DNA of 64,000 nt, from assembly GCA_023213395.1 (NCBI GenBank), contig CM041465.1:36277741-36341740 (forward strand), written 5' to 3'. Shown in pieces: positions 14,361-28,130 of this stretch (position 1 is its first letter; every line of letters starts with the position of its first letter). Below the pieces are notes generated by a model that made no database searches, had not been told where the DNA came from, and saw only the letters and a list, made by a program, of their open reading frames with translations. This DNA comes from Cycas panzhihuaensis (Eukaryota; Plantae; Cycadophyta). The translations under genes were made by a program, and so were the position numbers.

Positions 14361-14579
14361 CATTACCTAACCCTACCAATTTGACTATCAATGATAAGCT
14401 TCCCGATAAGTAGATCTTTCAAGTAGATATCATGCCTTTGAGAGAATAATGATATAAAGAGATAAAAACTTACCTTAACCACTAGACCTTTTCTCCTAAC
14501 ATTTCCTCTAAAAACATAAAATAGATTAGGGTAACTACTCACTAGTATCTTCTCCATAAAGATGTCATTTATAAATGCT

Positions 14580-14851
14580 CCTTTAATGGAGTTATCTTAA
14601 GATGTCTTTCACCCTTTGAGGCTCACGCTACCCTAATTGAGTGCCATGATGTCATTTGTAGAGGCCACTTTAATGGTCAATCCATAGCTTAATATATCCT
14701 TTGAATGGGATACTATTGGCCAATACTAATTAAGGATGGCCATATATATTTTTAAAAATGTGAAAAGTGCTAAGTATATACCACACTAATATACAAACCT
14801 AACTAGTCTCTCATGTTTATTACATCTCCATGGCCCTTTTCTCAATAGGGG
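14580..14851 (+). pseudogene. pol: Element A integrase N-terminal zinc-binding part (before insertion B)
   Basis: ILRCLSPFEAHATLIECHDVICRGHFNGQSIA...GYYWPIL...KCEKC...TSPWPFSQ*G. Confidence 0.85.
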
Positions 14852-15448
14852 TGTAGTGGGCCTAATAGAAAAAATAATAGATAAAAGAAATATTTCTAAT
14901 AGATAACAAAGTATTTACAGTCATTCACCATTGATAATATTTCTCTAGATAATAATGCTAGTAAATTACAATAATACTTGCCAATATTTTCATATGTTTA
15001 TAGTAGATAGAATATAAATTATAGTGTTAAACCTTCATAAAACATGATTAAATAGAGAGAGATATCATTCATATATTGATAACAATAGCATATGTAATAA
15101 GGAATAATAATAAGAGAATAATATCAATTTATACAATTGTCCAATAATAGTAACCCTCTTTGAGGTGAGTAAAATCCTCCAACAAGCATATGGCCCTAAT
15201 GGTATGAGGCCATTATCCAAATGAATAATAAATTCTCTAAGAATGTTTTATAAATGATCAAGGCTTTTCTATTTATAACCTTTATTTTCCCTCTTAGAAA
15301 ACCAATTCCTAAGCTCTTTGTCTTCTAAAAATTAACTTCATAATAAAATATAATAAATGATTCTCTCTTTATTCCTCTTAAAATTTGACTTTAAAATAAA
15401 AAAATTTCTTTATAAAACTGACTTCATTCTTATTTTAGGAATGATACA
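14852..15448 (-). repeat. Element B 3' LTR (~597 bp)
   Basis: Direct repeat of 21920-22513; 8 differences in the first 60 aligned bases. Confidence 0.9.
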
Positions 15449-18046
15449 ATTCCTCTCCTCTTAAAATAATACTTCTCCCTCAAAGTATTAGGGATTTTTG
15501 GTACAATCTTGATGAGTTCTTTTAGCCGCCTCTTAGTAAGTCCTATATGTTATAATAATTAGGTCTAACCTTGCAACTCTTATTGGATATTGCAACTAAA
15601 TGAGTTGAATTTATTGATTTTTATTCTTAGGAATAGGTACGTACTATTTGTGGACCTATATTGGAATGATCTTGGAACCTATAGGATGTCTAAGATATCT
15701 TGTATTGATTTTGCTTTATGTTTGTATGTTTAGTCCTCAAGTGGAATGGATTGTGGAGGGTAAGGTGAGTCAAATAGTGAGAACTTAGGTGGAGATTTTG
15801 GGAAAAGAATTGATCATAAGGAGCTTGAAATGATTATTACTTATTGTAAGAAGAAAATGAAGAAGTGGAATTTTGGGTGGTGCTCATCCATAACTTTGAA
15901 GGCATAGGAAGTAAAAATGATCTATAGGATCTGGCTTGAACAAAAATGAGAATGTATATAGATTATATCAAACAATAGGAAATTCTTAGGAGAAAGATGG
16001 ATGAGGGAATAATAATAAATATTCTTTATAAAAAAAAGATTATAATAAGGATATAAAAATGGTATTTAGATAAAATAAGAGAACTAACAAAAAAATAATA
16101 ATACTAGTAGTGTGGAAGTGGATAAGAGTGGGAAGGATGAGGTGAAGTTCTAGAGGGGGTAATACTAAGTGATGAAAATAGGATGAATGGATTGAAGTAT
16201 AGAATGTCCTATTGAGGATGGTCTATATGGGGTGAAGGAATACATAAGTAAAGGGATGAACTAGGATTGTAAAGGGGAGTTAGGATTTGTCTTATGAAAA
16301 AACTAGAGTTAAGGGGATTAGGATTATGAATAAATTTAGGATAGGAAAAAGAGGGATTTTCTACTACTATTAAACTTGGGAAAGAGAGAGGATAAATTAG
16401 ATTACTAAATAAAATTTACATGTATAACATAGGATCAATGAGTACCTTATTAGATTTACATGAAGTTTGTTGAGGTTATTCTTCAGAATCTTCTATGCCT
16501 ATTTGGTCCTTCCTCGATGGCTTTTTAATGGCTTCACTCTATTTCACCATAGATTATTCATCATAGTGCTTTGCTTCAGCATGTTATTTATTAGTGTTAG
16601 ACTCTCCTTTAAGATGTTCTATTTTTTCCTTTTTCTATTTTGGAACTTTAACCTATCCATATTATAACTCCTATATTGAATCTTCTTAATGATCTTATAG
16701 AGGTTCTTGGATCTCTTTATTAATGACCAATTCTTCTTTCTTTATTATCCTATTGTTTGGCTCTTTTGATTCTTTGGCAACTTCCTTATGACCTCATTTA
16801 TTAGATATTAAGGTAAAAATTACCTTAAATCAATCTTAATCATGAAAGAATCTTTCTTTAGTCCAATTTTTACACCATTGATAAGCTTCACCATTCAAGT
16901 AGTATTGAATACCATAGTCCTCAAAATTTATATCTAGTGAAATTCCATAGTGTATTTTAATACATTGAAGCTAATATATAGATATTATCCTTTCTCCTAG
17001 GGTGAATGGCTTAATATATTAGACTTTGTGTGTTATGTGTAAGCATTATTACAATTGCTTTATTGACTTCTCTAACTTAACCAAAGAATTTTTATCTATC
17101 TGAATCATCATTCTTTGCCCCCTCTTTTAATTAAAAGTTACAACTTTAATGATTAAAATCTATATCCTCTACTAGTCAAGACTATCACATATGATCACTC
17201 ATGATGATCATCTCTAAATGAGGAATCTAACAGTTTAGATGACATTGTAATCTAATAATTGTAGTAGGAGTTATAGACAAAAACATCCAAGTACCCCTTT
17301 TTAAAAACCAAACTAAAAATTAAATAAATAAAATAATTAAAAAGAATTATGTTAGCCCCCTTACGACCTAACCCTTGGTCACATCACATCATCAAATGCC
17401 CATTTTCTAGTTGATTGGGGTAGACTCCAACTAAAATTTAATTTTAATTTAATTTATAAAACCATAGGGAAAGAAAATATAACCTAAGTTAATAAAATGG
17501 ATAGGTGATTAGCACATAGCCAATGGATATATGAATTCATCTTATAATAAAATTGTTCTCTTCTTTGAAAGGCCTTAGTTGCTTCATCTTCATAGAGAGA
17601 GAATAGATAAAAGTTGCTAGGATTTTGTGTTTATCCCCTATACTCTATAATGGCATTATTTTATATCAACTAGACTCCACACTATTGTTATTCGATACAT
17701 GTAAGTATAGTCTATTGTTATATTCAGTATCGATATATATGAACCACTTATATCTTAAGATCATATAGTTCTAGATTTCTTATCATTTGCCCTAATAGAA
17801 TAGCTTATTATGTTTATGGTCCTTGCCTATGAGGTTGTTATTTATCTAGTTTATTTATTTGTGGTTATGATCCTTAGCATTATAGTAACTGCTCTATTCT
17901 CTATAACCAAGAGATTTCCTTGGAGACCCTAAGACTTAAAATTCCAGATCAAAAACCCCCTAGGTAGATAGGACATAAAGACACTTATATTTTTGGGTTA
18001 CACTTAAAGTAATTTAAGTTTATAATAGTAATAAACTTTGGAAACA

Positions 18047-21000
18047 TGGTCATACCTAAATTTGATGGTGCTAACTTTCTTAATTGAAGTAGGAGAATGA
18101 GGTCAATATTCATAGCAAAGGACATCTCCGAAATTGTCACTAAAGGATATGAAGACATTGATGATAATGCCATAGACATTTATAAGGAATATGTCAAAAA
18201 GGATAATGATGCTTTGGCCCTCATATTTTATTCTCTAGAGCAGCACATATTCCTAGAGAAAGTGAAGCAACTACATCTAAAGGAGCTTAGGATACTCTAA
18301 AATTGATTTATAAAGGAGCAAAATCCTCTAAACTTCAAACACTTAGAAGTAAATTTGAGAATTTGAGGATGTCACTTAGGGAAAGTGTTAATGAGTTTAT
18401 CACTAAGGTTCAAGACTTGGTTAATTAAATAAGATCCCTAAGAGAAGTATTAAGCGAATAGAGAGTTATTGAAAGGATCTTGAGGTGTATTGGAGAGGTA
18501 AAAAAATTTGAGATAGTTGCCACTAGTATTAAAGTATCTAAGGATCTAAGTGTCATTCAGATTGAATAATTAAGTGTCATGCTTCTTGTGGTTGAAGAAA
18601 AGAAAGAGGGACATGAGACATTAGAACATACTTTTGCCATAAAGATAAGGATCAAATAAAATAATCAAGGACAAAGTTCTAGGGGAAGGGAGCAATCCCC
18701 TAGAGGAAGAGAAACGAATCAAGGATGAGGAAATTATCAAGACCCAAACCCAAGGTATCAAGAATCAAATCAAAAGTATCAAGGACCACATCAAAGATAT
18801 AAAGGGCTAAATTAAAGGTACCAAGATTAGAATAACTTCCAAAATCAAGGAAGATCTCAAGAATAAAATCAATGCTACCATGGACATAACAACTACCAAG
18901 GATAAAGAAACTATCAAGGACCAAGCTAATATTTTTAGGGATAAAATCAAATGAACTATTAAGGCCAAGGTCAAGGCCCATTCTTTGAAAGAGGAAGAGC
19001 AATCTCTAGAGGAAGAGGAACTCTAGGAGTAGAAGTCATAATCAAAGAAGTAAAGGACTTATCCAATACTCTTTTTTCTACAAATTGGGACATATAGAAG
19101 AACATTGCTTTTCCAAGAATGCTAATTAACAAAGAGGAACTACAAACACTACAATTGAAAATAGAGACAATGATAGACTTTTTCTCTCAAGTCTTGTAGC
19201 TAGCGAAGAGGAGGGTAGCTAGTATATAAATTTGGGGTGCTCAACCCATATGACCCATAAGGAAGAAATCTTCAAGGATATTGACAAGACTAAAAGTGAA
19301 AAGGTTATGTTTGGAGATAACACTACCCATAAATCTATTATCAAAGGTAATATATCTATAACCATAAAATCAAGAGAAATAAGGTACATTCATGATGTGT
19401 TACATGTGACCACCTTAAAGAAGAACCTACTTTTGGTGGGTTAGATAATGGAACAAGATTACAAGGTTATCTTTGATAATGGTGAGTATATAATTAAAGA
19501 CAAGCAAATGAATAAAGCTATTGTAGCCAAAGGATAGATGATTAGTAATAGATTATTCAAGCTAGTCATTCCTCTACTAGATACCTATACCTTAAAAGCC
19601 TCCACTAAAATTGGCAATGATACATAGCATAAGAGATTTGGTCACTTAAACTATAATAGCTTCACCTTAATGAAGAGCATAGAAATGGTTGATGGATTGC
19701 CTATCATAGAAGGAGACAAAGAAATTTGTAAAGGATGCCTACTTGGAAAGCAACACAGAGAAAGTTTTCTAGATAATAGTGGTAGAGCCCAAGGTCCCCT
19801 TTAACTAATCTATATATATCTATGTGGACCTATGGATGTACTATTACTAAGAGGTGCAAAAAACTTTAGGACATTCATTGATAATTTCATTAGAAAAACT
19901 TAGGTGTATTTCCTCAAATTTAAATTAGACACTTTCTAGTGCTTTATTAACTTCAAAAATTTTATGGAGAAACAATGTAGCCATAATATTCTCACTCTTA
20001 GTTTAGATAATAGGGGAGAATTCATCTCAAATGAATTCAAATCATTTTACACCTATCCTGGTATTAGGAGATAATTTACCGATCCTTGTACTCCACAACA
20101 AAATGGAGTGGTAGAGAGAAAAAATCAAACTATTATTAAAATAACAAGATGCATACTCAAAGACAAGTAGCTTGGACATAAACTTTGGGAAGAAACTATG
20201 CATACTACATTATACTTATTGAATAGTCATACCACTAAGGCTCTTAGGTGGGTTGTACCGGAAGAAGCTTGCATAGGACATAAGCTAAGCATATATCACT
20301 TAAAAATTTTTGGGTATCTAGCATTTGCTTAAGTACTAGAATAAAAGAGAATAAAATTAGACAATAAAAGTATCAAATGCATCTTTATAGGATACTATGA
20401 TGTCTCCAAATCCTATAGACTATTTGATCCAAAAGAAAAGAAAATAATCATGAGTAGGGATATCATCTTTAAGGAAGATCATTATTATCAAGTAGAAATT
20501 AAAAACGATAAGGGAAAGAATATCATAGTGGAAATTGATTCATATCTTAAGTCAATAAATATGCCAAGGCTATAATAATCAAGTCCAAACAAAGTAGGAC
20601 CCTCTATATTTATTCAAAGTTTTCCAAAATAGGCCCAAATACATCATGATCTAGTAAACATATTGGACAATAACTTTGAAAGAAGGTCTACTTAGTCCAA
20701 TAGAGTCAACTTTCCTCTAATGAGCCAAGTCATGATATCAAATGAGCCTTATACTTTTGAGGAGGTTAACTCAGAAGGCAAATGGAAAGATGCAAGGAAA
20801 GTAGAATTCAAAGTAGCAGTATTAAATCCATATAAAACAATACCAAAGTACCATTCAAATTACTTAAAATATGGTATTTCATCATAGAACAAAGCGTATT
20901 AACACTCAACATCATTTCGTCAAAAAGTTAGTTCAAGTTGATGAGGTTGAATTTACCTATTATAACATTGAAGAATAGGTGGTAGACATCTTTACTAAAA

Positions 21001-21050
21001 CTCTTAGAAAGCTCAAGTTCCATAAATTCAAAGACAAGATCAAAGTCTTC
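18047..21050 (+). pseudogene. gag-pol: Element C: Ty1/copia gag-PR-INT-(RT deleted)-RH remnant nested in B
   Basis: PKFDGANFLN*SRRMRSIFIAKDISEIV (gag); degenerate zinc knuckle ~19070-19110; YINLGCSTHMT (protease); *HKRFGHLN; LCGPM; TPQQNGVVERKN; CIFIGY; then a jump to VFHHRTKRI and VDIFTKLL. LTRs not confidently resolved. Confidence 0.9.
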
Positions 21051-21919
21051 CCAAATGAACATTAATGTATTAAATATCATAGTGGAAATTGATTCTTCCC
21101 AAATGTTCATTTAAGTTATTAAAAGGTGTGTCAGCATTGGGGTTGATGGAGTTGACTTTGGCCAACCCTAGCCAAATATTAATTATTTTTTTAATGGTGT
21201 TTCTAAATACTAAAGATGGTAGATATTAGGCTCATGCCCAACATCTAGTCTATTTATATTGGGTCGCAAGGCTCCTAAGTGTTCTTTAACACAACCAATA
21301 TCTTACAAAAAAATTTGATTATTTTGATTATGGCTTTTAATCTATGCTTCCTCTAACTCTTGCTTCCTTCAATAGATTGCTCATCCCTAAATTCACAAGA
21401 GTGCCACAACTTACACCATTTCATGATCTTTTGGATAATCTTCTGTAGCTAGTTGACTCTTTCAATAGTATGGTGGCAATATAGCTTTGACATATACTAA
21501 GCGGTAACTTCACCTTACTTCTATTTCTCCTTTAGAATTTTCTTCTATGGTCATGAACCCAATTACAATAGATAATATTAGATGCTCTTCTTTTGCCTCT
21601 AATAAATTTCACATATAGCTTTGATTTTTTTACCTAGATCCTTTATCAACTAGCTTTGTCTTTTGTTCCTCAATGAATAAATTGCATGAAACCCTTAATA
21701 ATATGTCACATTCTAACAAAACATCCCTTTAATATTGTCCATGTACTCAACAAGTCTCTATCATATCCTAGTTAGATAGACACCCTTACATATAGAATTC
21801 TTTATGGAAAATTATTGCTCTTAATGATAGTTTGTATCTCTATCCTAGGATCTAATTTTGGGTTAATAAAATTACAGTGACTTATTCTTTAACCCTTCAA
21901 ATAAGGCTCTAATATCTGT

Positions 21920-22513
21920 TGGAATGGGCCTAATAGAAAAAATAACAAATAATAGAAATATTTCCAATAGATAATAAAATATTTATAGTCATTCACCACT
22001 AATAATATTTCTCTATATAATAATGCTATTAGATTATAGTAGTACTTCCTAATATTTGTATACATTCATAGCAAATAGAATATAAATTACAATAGTAAAC
22101 CCTCATAAAACATGATTTAGTAGAGATATATATCATTCATACATTGATAATAATAACATATGTAAATAACAAATAATAATAATAGAATAATAGCACCTGA
22201 TATAATTGTCTAGTAGTAACAACCCTCTTCCAGACAAGTGTAATCCTCTGATAAGCACATGGCCCTAATGGTCGGAGGCCAATATCGAAATGAATAATAA
22301 ATTCTCCAAAAATATTTTACAAATGATCAAGGTCATTATATTTATAACCTTTATTCTCTCTCTTAAAACTAATTCCTAAATTCTCTCTACAAAAAATAAA
22401 GTTCATAATAAAATATAATAAATGATTATCTCTTTAATCATTTTGAAAACTAACTTCATAATAATAATTTCTATTTATAAAACTAACTTCATCCTTATTT
22501 TAGGAATGCTACA
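21920..22513 (-). repeat. Element B 5' LTR (~594 bp)
   Basis: Direct repeat of 14852-15448, adjacent to the PBS. Confidence 0.9.
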
Positions 22514-22518
22514 AGAGG

Positions 22519-23360
22519 GCTTGACTTTATAGGCCAAATTTACCCCCTATTCTTGAGCAGACATAAATTTAATTTAACTACTATAGAGTACTTTATAAAG
22601 GGGAATGAAGCCATACTACTAGTTACCATAATTGGAAAATTAATTATAACATTCATCTTCTAACATATCATCTATAGATTAAAAGTTCTTGATATCATTA
22701 TCATAGATAATCCAAGTCCCATTTATAACTTGCAAGTGGATGATCTATACAAGAATTTCCATATCGGCCATCACTTGTTAGTGCCTTACCACATTAATGC
22801 CAATGGCCAAGTCGACGCCTTCAATAAAATATTAGTTAAGATCTTGGGTTAAAATGTGGTTAGTTCTCACTTATATTGGCACATTCAACTCTTTCTTATA
22901 TTATCAGCTTATCAAACCTCTATCAGGAATGTAATTAGAATGATACCATTCTCTCTAGTCTATGGCTCTAAAGCTATCATACACCTCAAGTTAGAAATCC
23001 CATCTTTGTGTGTTTCCCTGAAGTAATTCACAGATAAAGAATGGAAAAGGGAAGCATGATTGCTAAAATTAGAGAAAATGGAGTAAATATGTCTAATTAC
23101 CCTTTAGAATTATATAGCCTCTAAAACCAAAGCTCAAGTAACCCATGATAAGTAGTTAAGGACTAAAATTTTTTTTATTGGTGATAAGGTACTTAAGCTC
23201 AAATACATTCATGACAAACAATGAAAATTTGCCTCTAAGTGGGCAAGACCTTATCTAATCATTTAAGATCTTAAGAATGGCACATTTTATATTTCTATTC
23301 TTAATGGCCTTGAATTCTAAAACCCTATTAATTTGTAATTCTCATAAAAGTTTTATTCTT
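22519..23360 (+). pseudogene. pol: Element A integrase core and C-terminus (after insertion B)
   Basis: LDFIGQI; ANGQVDAFNKILVKIL; AYQTSIR; PFSLVYGSKAII; FASKWARPY (GPY/F module). Confidence 0.85.
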
Positions 23361-23449
23361 GAAAAGGGACCATGCATATCCTTTGCAATAAAGATAAAAC
23401 TATAACTCTAAAAGCCTTACCTTTTAATGAGACTAAACCATGGTTGATT

Positions 23450-23777
23450 TGTAACAAACTGTTACACCAAAACCTGAATCAAAAGAGAAAAATCCAATTG
23501 CATATGGTAACACAAAAGTCAAAATTACATATAAGAGTATAAAGCATCTATAATCATATATATCATCTGTAATCACATGTATCGATGGGCCTCTTTGAGG
23601 GGGAAACCTCTAATACATAATATCACAATACTTACAGATGATCCTCACTCCTACATTACATACATATATATAGGGCTATTAAGACTGCCCATCTCTTGGA
23701 CTTATAAATGTGGGATAATTACAAGAATAGAAATATAAGATTTGAGAAGAAGAGAGATAAAGGTTAGGTTCTTAACA
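23450..23777 (-). repeat. Element D 3' LTR (328 bp, includes a 19-bp tandem duplication)
   Basis: Matches 36185-36493 except for an extra catctataatcatatatat copy. Confidence 0.95.
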
Positions 23778-23809
23778 AGTTCCTCCCCTTTTGAAAAGTT
23801 TTTCCCTCA

Positions 23810-26800
23810 AAGCTTGACTAGTCCTGGATGCTCTTAAATAAATTACTCATTTTCCCAAGTTGAATCATTGTGTGGCAACTGCTTCCATTTGATGAGATAC
23901 TCTTTGATGTGTTAAAAGCGCAAAGGCCTAACCCTTTCCTCCAATATTCATTGAGGTATCAGTTGAAGCCTCCCTTCATTATCCAATATTGGCAATTCTA
24001 TTTGTGCCTGCACTTGCTATCCAATTACCTTTTTAAGATAGGATACATGGAAAACATTATGGATTTTAGTTGTTATGGGTAATTCCAAGGAATAAGCCAC
24101 TTCCCCCACTCATTTAAGGATTTTATAAGGTCCATAAAACCTTAGTTCCAACTTGTGTTTACTCTTTCTTTTAAGTGAAGTTTGCTTGTATGGTTACAAG
24201 AACAAATAAGCCCAATCTCCTACTTAAAACTCTCATTCACTTCTTCATTTATCTGCTTGTTGTTTCATTTGGTTCTGAGCCAAGTTAAGGTTTTCCTTCA
24301 ATATCTTGAGTGTCTCTACGGTTTGTTGTAGATGCTCCTCCACTGCTTGAACTCTAGAATTCTCTATGGCATAGTTCTTAATAGATGGTGGTTCATACCC
24401 ATATAATGACTGGAAGGGAGTTATTTTTGTTGCCATATGGTAAGTAGTATTATACCACCATTCTACCATAGGAAGCTAATGATGACACTGATTTTGTTTA
24501 TCTAACACGTAGCATCAGAGATATCCTTATAAACATTTGTTAACCACCTCCGTTTATCCATCTATTTGTGGGTGGTATGATGTGCTCATTGTTAGCTTGG
24601 TACCTAAGGCTTGGAAGAGTTCAGTCTAGAAAATGCTTGTGAACTTTGGGTCTCTGTCACTAATAATCTTCTTAGGCATTCCATGGAGTTGATGTATCTC
24701 TTTTCAATTTGTTTTGCCTTATAAGTAGATTGGATTCCACAAAAATGAGCATACTTTATTAATCTATCAACAACTACAAGGATGGCATCCCTCCCATCTG
24801 ATTTTGGTAATCCTGTGATGAAGTCCATGGATATTTCTTCCCATCTTTGATTTGGTATAGGGAGTGGATGCAATAGACCGTGCATCTTGCTCATTTCACC
24901 CTTTTGTCGTTGGCACACTTCACAAGCTACAACCCATCTTTTAGTATCTTGCTTGAGCCCATTCCAATAGAAGGATTGCTTAATCTGTTGGTAAGTCTTT
25001 AGGAATCTATAATGGCCTACTATTGGAGAGGCATGTACATCATGAAATGTCTTCTCTTTAATCTTGGAATCTGGACTAAGATATATTCTATTTTTGTACC
25101 ATAGGATGTTTCCTACCCATGAAAGCTTTTATGACTATCTTGATCAACCTGTAGATCATGTATTAATTGCTTTATCTTGGTATCTTTTTCCTACTCTTCC
25201 CTTACCTCCTCGATCCATGAAGGGGTAACTATTGTTAATGCATATAATATAGAATCTCCTTCCTTTCATGATAGGGCATCAGCTGCTATATTTTCCTTCT
25301 TTTTTTATATATGATTTCAAAATCAAAACCTTACATTTTAGAGACCCATTTTTGTTGTTCCTCAGAAGCTACCCTTTGGTCCAAGAAATACTTCAAGCTT
25401 TCGTGGTCTGTCTTTATTTTGAAATGGGTTCTGAGTAAATATTGGCACCATTTTTGAATTGCTTGTAGGATTGCCATCATCTCTTTTTTATATGTAGACT
25501 TGACTAAGTCCCTACACTTCAATTTTTGACTTTTAAAGGTTGTGAGCCTCCCTTCTTGCATGAGGACTTCTCCAATACCTTGTCCTAAGGTATCACATTC
25601 AATGATAAATGTTTCAGTGAAGTCAGGAGTTGCTAAAACTGGTGTGGTAGTCATGGATACCTTTAGGTTATCAAAGGATTCAGTAGTGGCATCTGTCCAT
25701 ATGAATGAATCCTTCTTTAATAGTTGTGTCAAGGGTGCTACAATCTTGGCATACCCTTTAACAAATTTTTAGTAGTACCCTGTTAAACCCAAGAATCCAC
25801 GTAGCCCTTTAATGTTTTTGGGTTGTGGCCAATTTACTATGGCTTTAATCTTCCTTGGATCAACCTTGACTCCCTCTTGTGAGATGATGTGCCCCAAGTA
25901 CTCCACTTCATGCCTTCCAAAGTTACATTTTGATCTATTTGCAAAGAGTTTATTGTCTTCTAATAATTACAAAAATCTTATCAACATGTTGAAGATGTTC
26001 TTTCTTTGTTCGGTTATACACTAAGATGTCATCCAAAAATAGCAAGATAAACTTCCTTAGATAATGTCGAAAGATTTTATTCATGAGCCCTTAAAATGTG
26101 GCTGGTGCATTGGTTAAGCCAAAAGGCATGACTAGGAATTCATAGTGGCCTTCATGGGTGCAAAAAGCTATTTTGTGAGCATTAGCAGCCTTGATTCTAA
26201 TTTGGTGATATCCATATTTTAAATCTATGGTGGTGAAAAGGGTTGCTCCATTTAATTCATCTAACAACTCATCAATCACTGGTATGGGAAATTTATCTTT
26301 AATAGTAATTTTATTTAATTCCTAATAATCCACACACATACGAAAGGATCCATCCTTCTTTTTTACCAATATTACTGGTGCCAAAAATGTGTTTTTACTT
26401 TCCCTGATGGACCCAGCTTCAAGAAGTTCATGCACTAATTTTTCAATTTCATTATTATGATAATAAGGATATCTATAAGGTTGGATGCTAGGTGGATTGC
26501 TACCGACAATGAGTTCAATGGCATGATCTTATTCTCTTTTTGGAGGAAGCCCCTTAGGAATGTCTTTAAAAACCTTGCTATGTTTGACTAACACTTTTTG
26601 CAATTCAAGTGTTAGATTATTGTCCTTATGAAGATCTTCCTTTGTTACTAACTCATGCCCTTCTAATGCATAACATCTAGCTATAAGTTATATTCCTCCT
26701 TTTCTTAGAAGCTTCTCCATCCTATGTGAACTAATGACCTATGATGGAGGTGGGCTAATTCCATTGAGTTGGTATTGTTGCCCTCCTACGTTAAAACAGA

Positions 26801-28130
26801 TGAATAATTCCTCTAAGTTAAGTTGAAAAGTACTTAATATTTTTAGCCATTGTACTCCCAAAACCACATTGACTCCTCCCAATGGAATGGCATATATTAA
26901 GGAAGCCAATTGGTAATCTCCCATAGTCATTTTAATATTATGAAATTTACCTCCATAGGCTAATGTACCACCATTGGCAACCATAACTTGAAAATTCTTA
27001 ACTGGATAAGGAAAACAATTTAGTTCTTCTGCAAGTTTCCTATTGACAAAATTATGGGTGCTTCCTGAATCAATTAAGATGACTACCCTTTTTTTCTTAA
27101 TGTATCCTATAATATTCAAGGTCTGTGGAGCTGCAATCCCTGCTAAAGCATGGACAGATATTATTCTTATGTTCTCTTCTTCAATGTCTAGTGGTTCGGG
27201 AGCAATATCATCTTCTACAATGGCTTCTTCTAGATCTTCTTCTTGTGTATATTCAATGATGAATAGTCATCTTTTTGAATATTTATGATCTTTATTCGAC
27301 TTCTCATTGCATCGAAAATAAATACCCTTTAGCCTTTTCTCATCCATTTCTTTAGCTGTCATCCTTCATGTTGTAGGAATATATGGGCTTCTTTTTTCTT
27401 CCCCCATATTATTATTATTTTGGGTAGCCCTATTTTTAGCTTCAATTTATCGAGCTGCTATGATTGCTTCTATTAGGATACTCAATTTCAGCAAGCACAA
27501 TTCATATCGTATATCTTCTTTTAAACCCCCAATATAGAGTTCAAGCAATTTTTCATTACTGAGATCATCAACTAGGGTGGCCAGTTTTTGGTGTTCTTTA
27601 GTGTATTCTGATACTGTTCCTTCTTGTTTTAGTTTAGCCAACTGACTAAAGTAGTTATCATCCTAAATATTATCAAATTACACTAAAAGATCCTCCACAA
27701 AATTTTCCCACTTATATGATATTCCTTCACACTTCTTCTTTATCCATTGGTACCACTGGAAGGGTTCTGATTCTATATGTAACGAAGCTAAGATATTTTT
27801 TTTATCAGATAGTACTTGGTGAAGACTAAAAAATTGTTCCATTTGGCTAACCCAAGTCCTCACATCTTTCCTATTAAATTTCCTAATTTCCACTTTTGGG
27901 AGATAACTGGATTGTAGCCCTCCTTAGTCATGTTGATCACCTTCACTCCCTATCTTATCCTTCCCTTTCCAAGATCCCTCATCATATTTTTGTAATCCCA
28001 ATTGACTTGTAATATTTCAAAGGTTTTTGCTAATTTTTTCAATATTATCTTCAACCTTACCCATCCTTAAGCTCAATTCTTCTATTACATTGGTATTTTC
28101 ATCCCTCGTTGGGTTATTTTTTGGGGCCAT
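23810..28130 (-). pseudogene. gag-pol: Element D gag-pol (gag, PR, RT, RH, INT, chromodomain), disrupted
   Basis: ORF fragments in the track: EIRKFNRKDVRTWVSQMEQFF; ILIDSGSTHNF; [31 protein letters not shown]; IIECDTLGQGIG; WEEISMDFITGLPKS; EWWYNTTYH. Chromodomain EYLIKWKQLPHNDSTWENE near 23840-23905. Confidence 0.95.

Larger units (their letters stand above)
14852..22513 (-). mobile_element. Element B: minus-strand LTR retrotransposon (non-autonomous or decayed) inserted in A's integrase
   Basis: Paired LTRs 14852-15448 and 21920-22513 with TG..CA ends. Degenerate PBS gctctaatatct at 21906-21917; PPT complement ttcctctcctct just after 15448; flanks AGGGG/AGAGG. A's integrase (SQWG|LDFIG) resumes after it. 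Confidence 0.88.

Noticed and set aside
17350-17900. Candidate 5' LTR of Copia C pairing with 21128-21300
   Set aside because: Similarity is too weak by eye, with no clear PBS or TSD.
18700-19002. 100-aa Leu/Asp-rich minus-strand ORF
   Set aside because: Antisense of the Q/N/Y/G repeat in Copia C gag.
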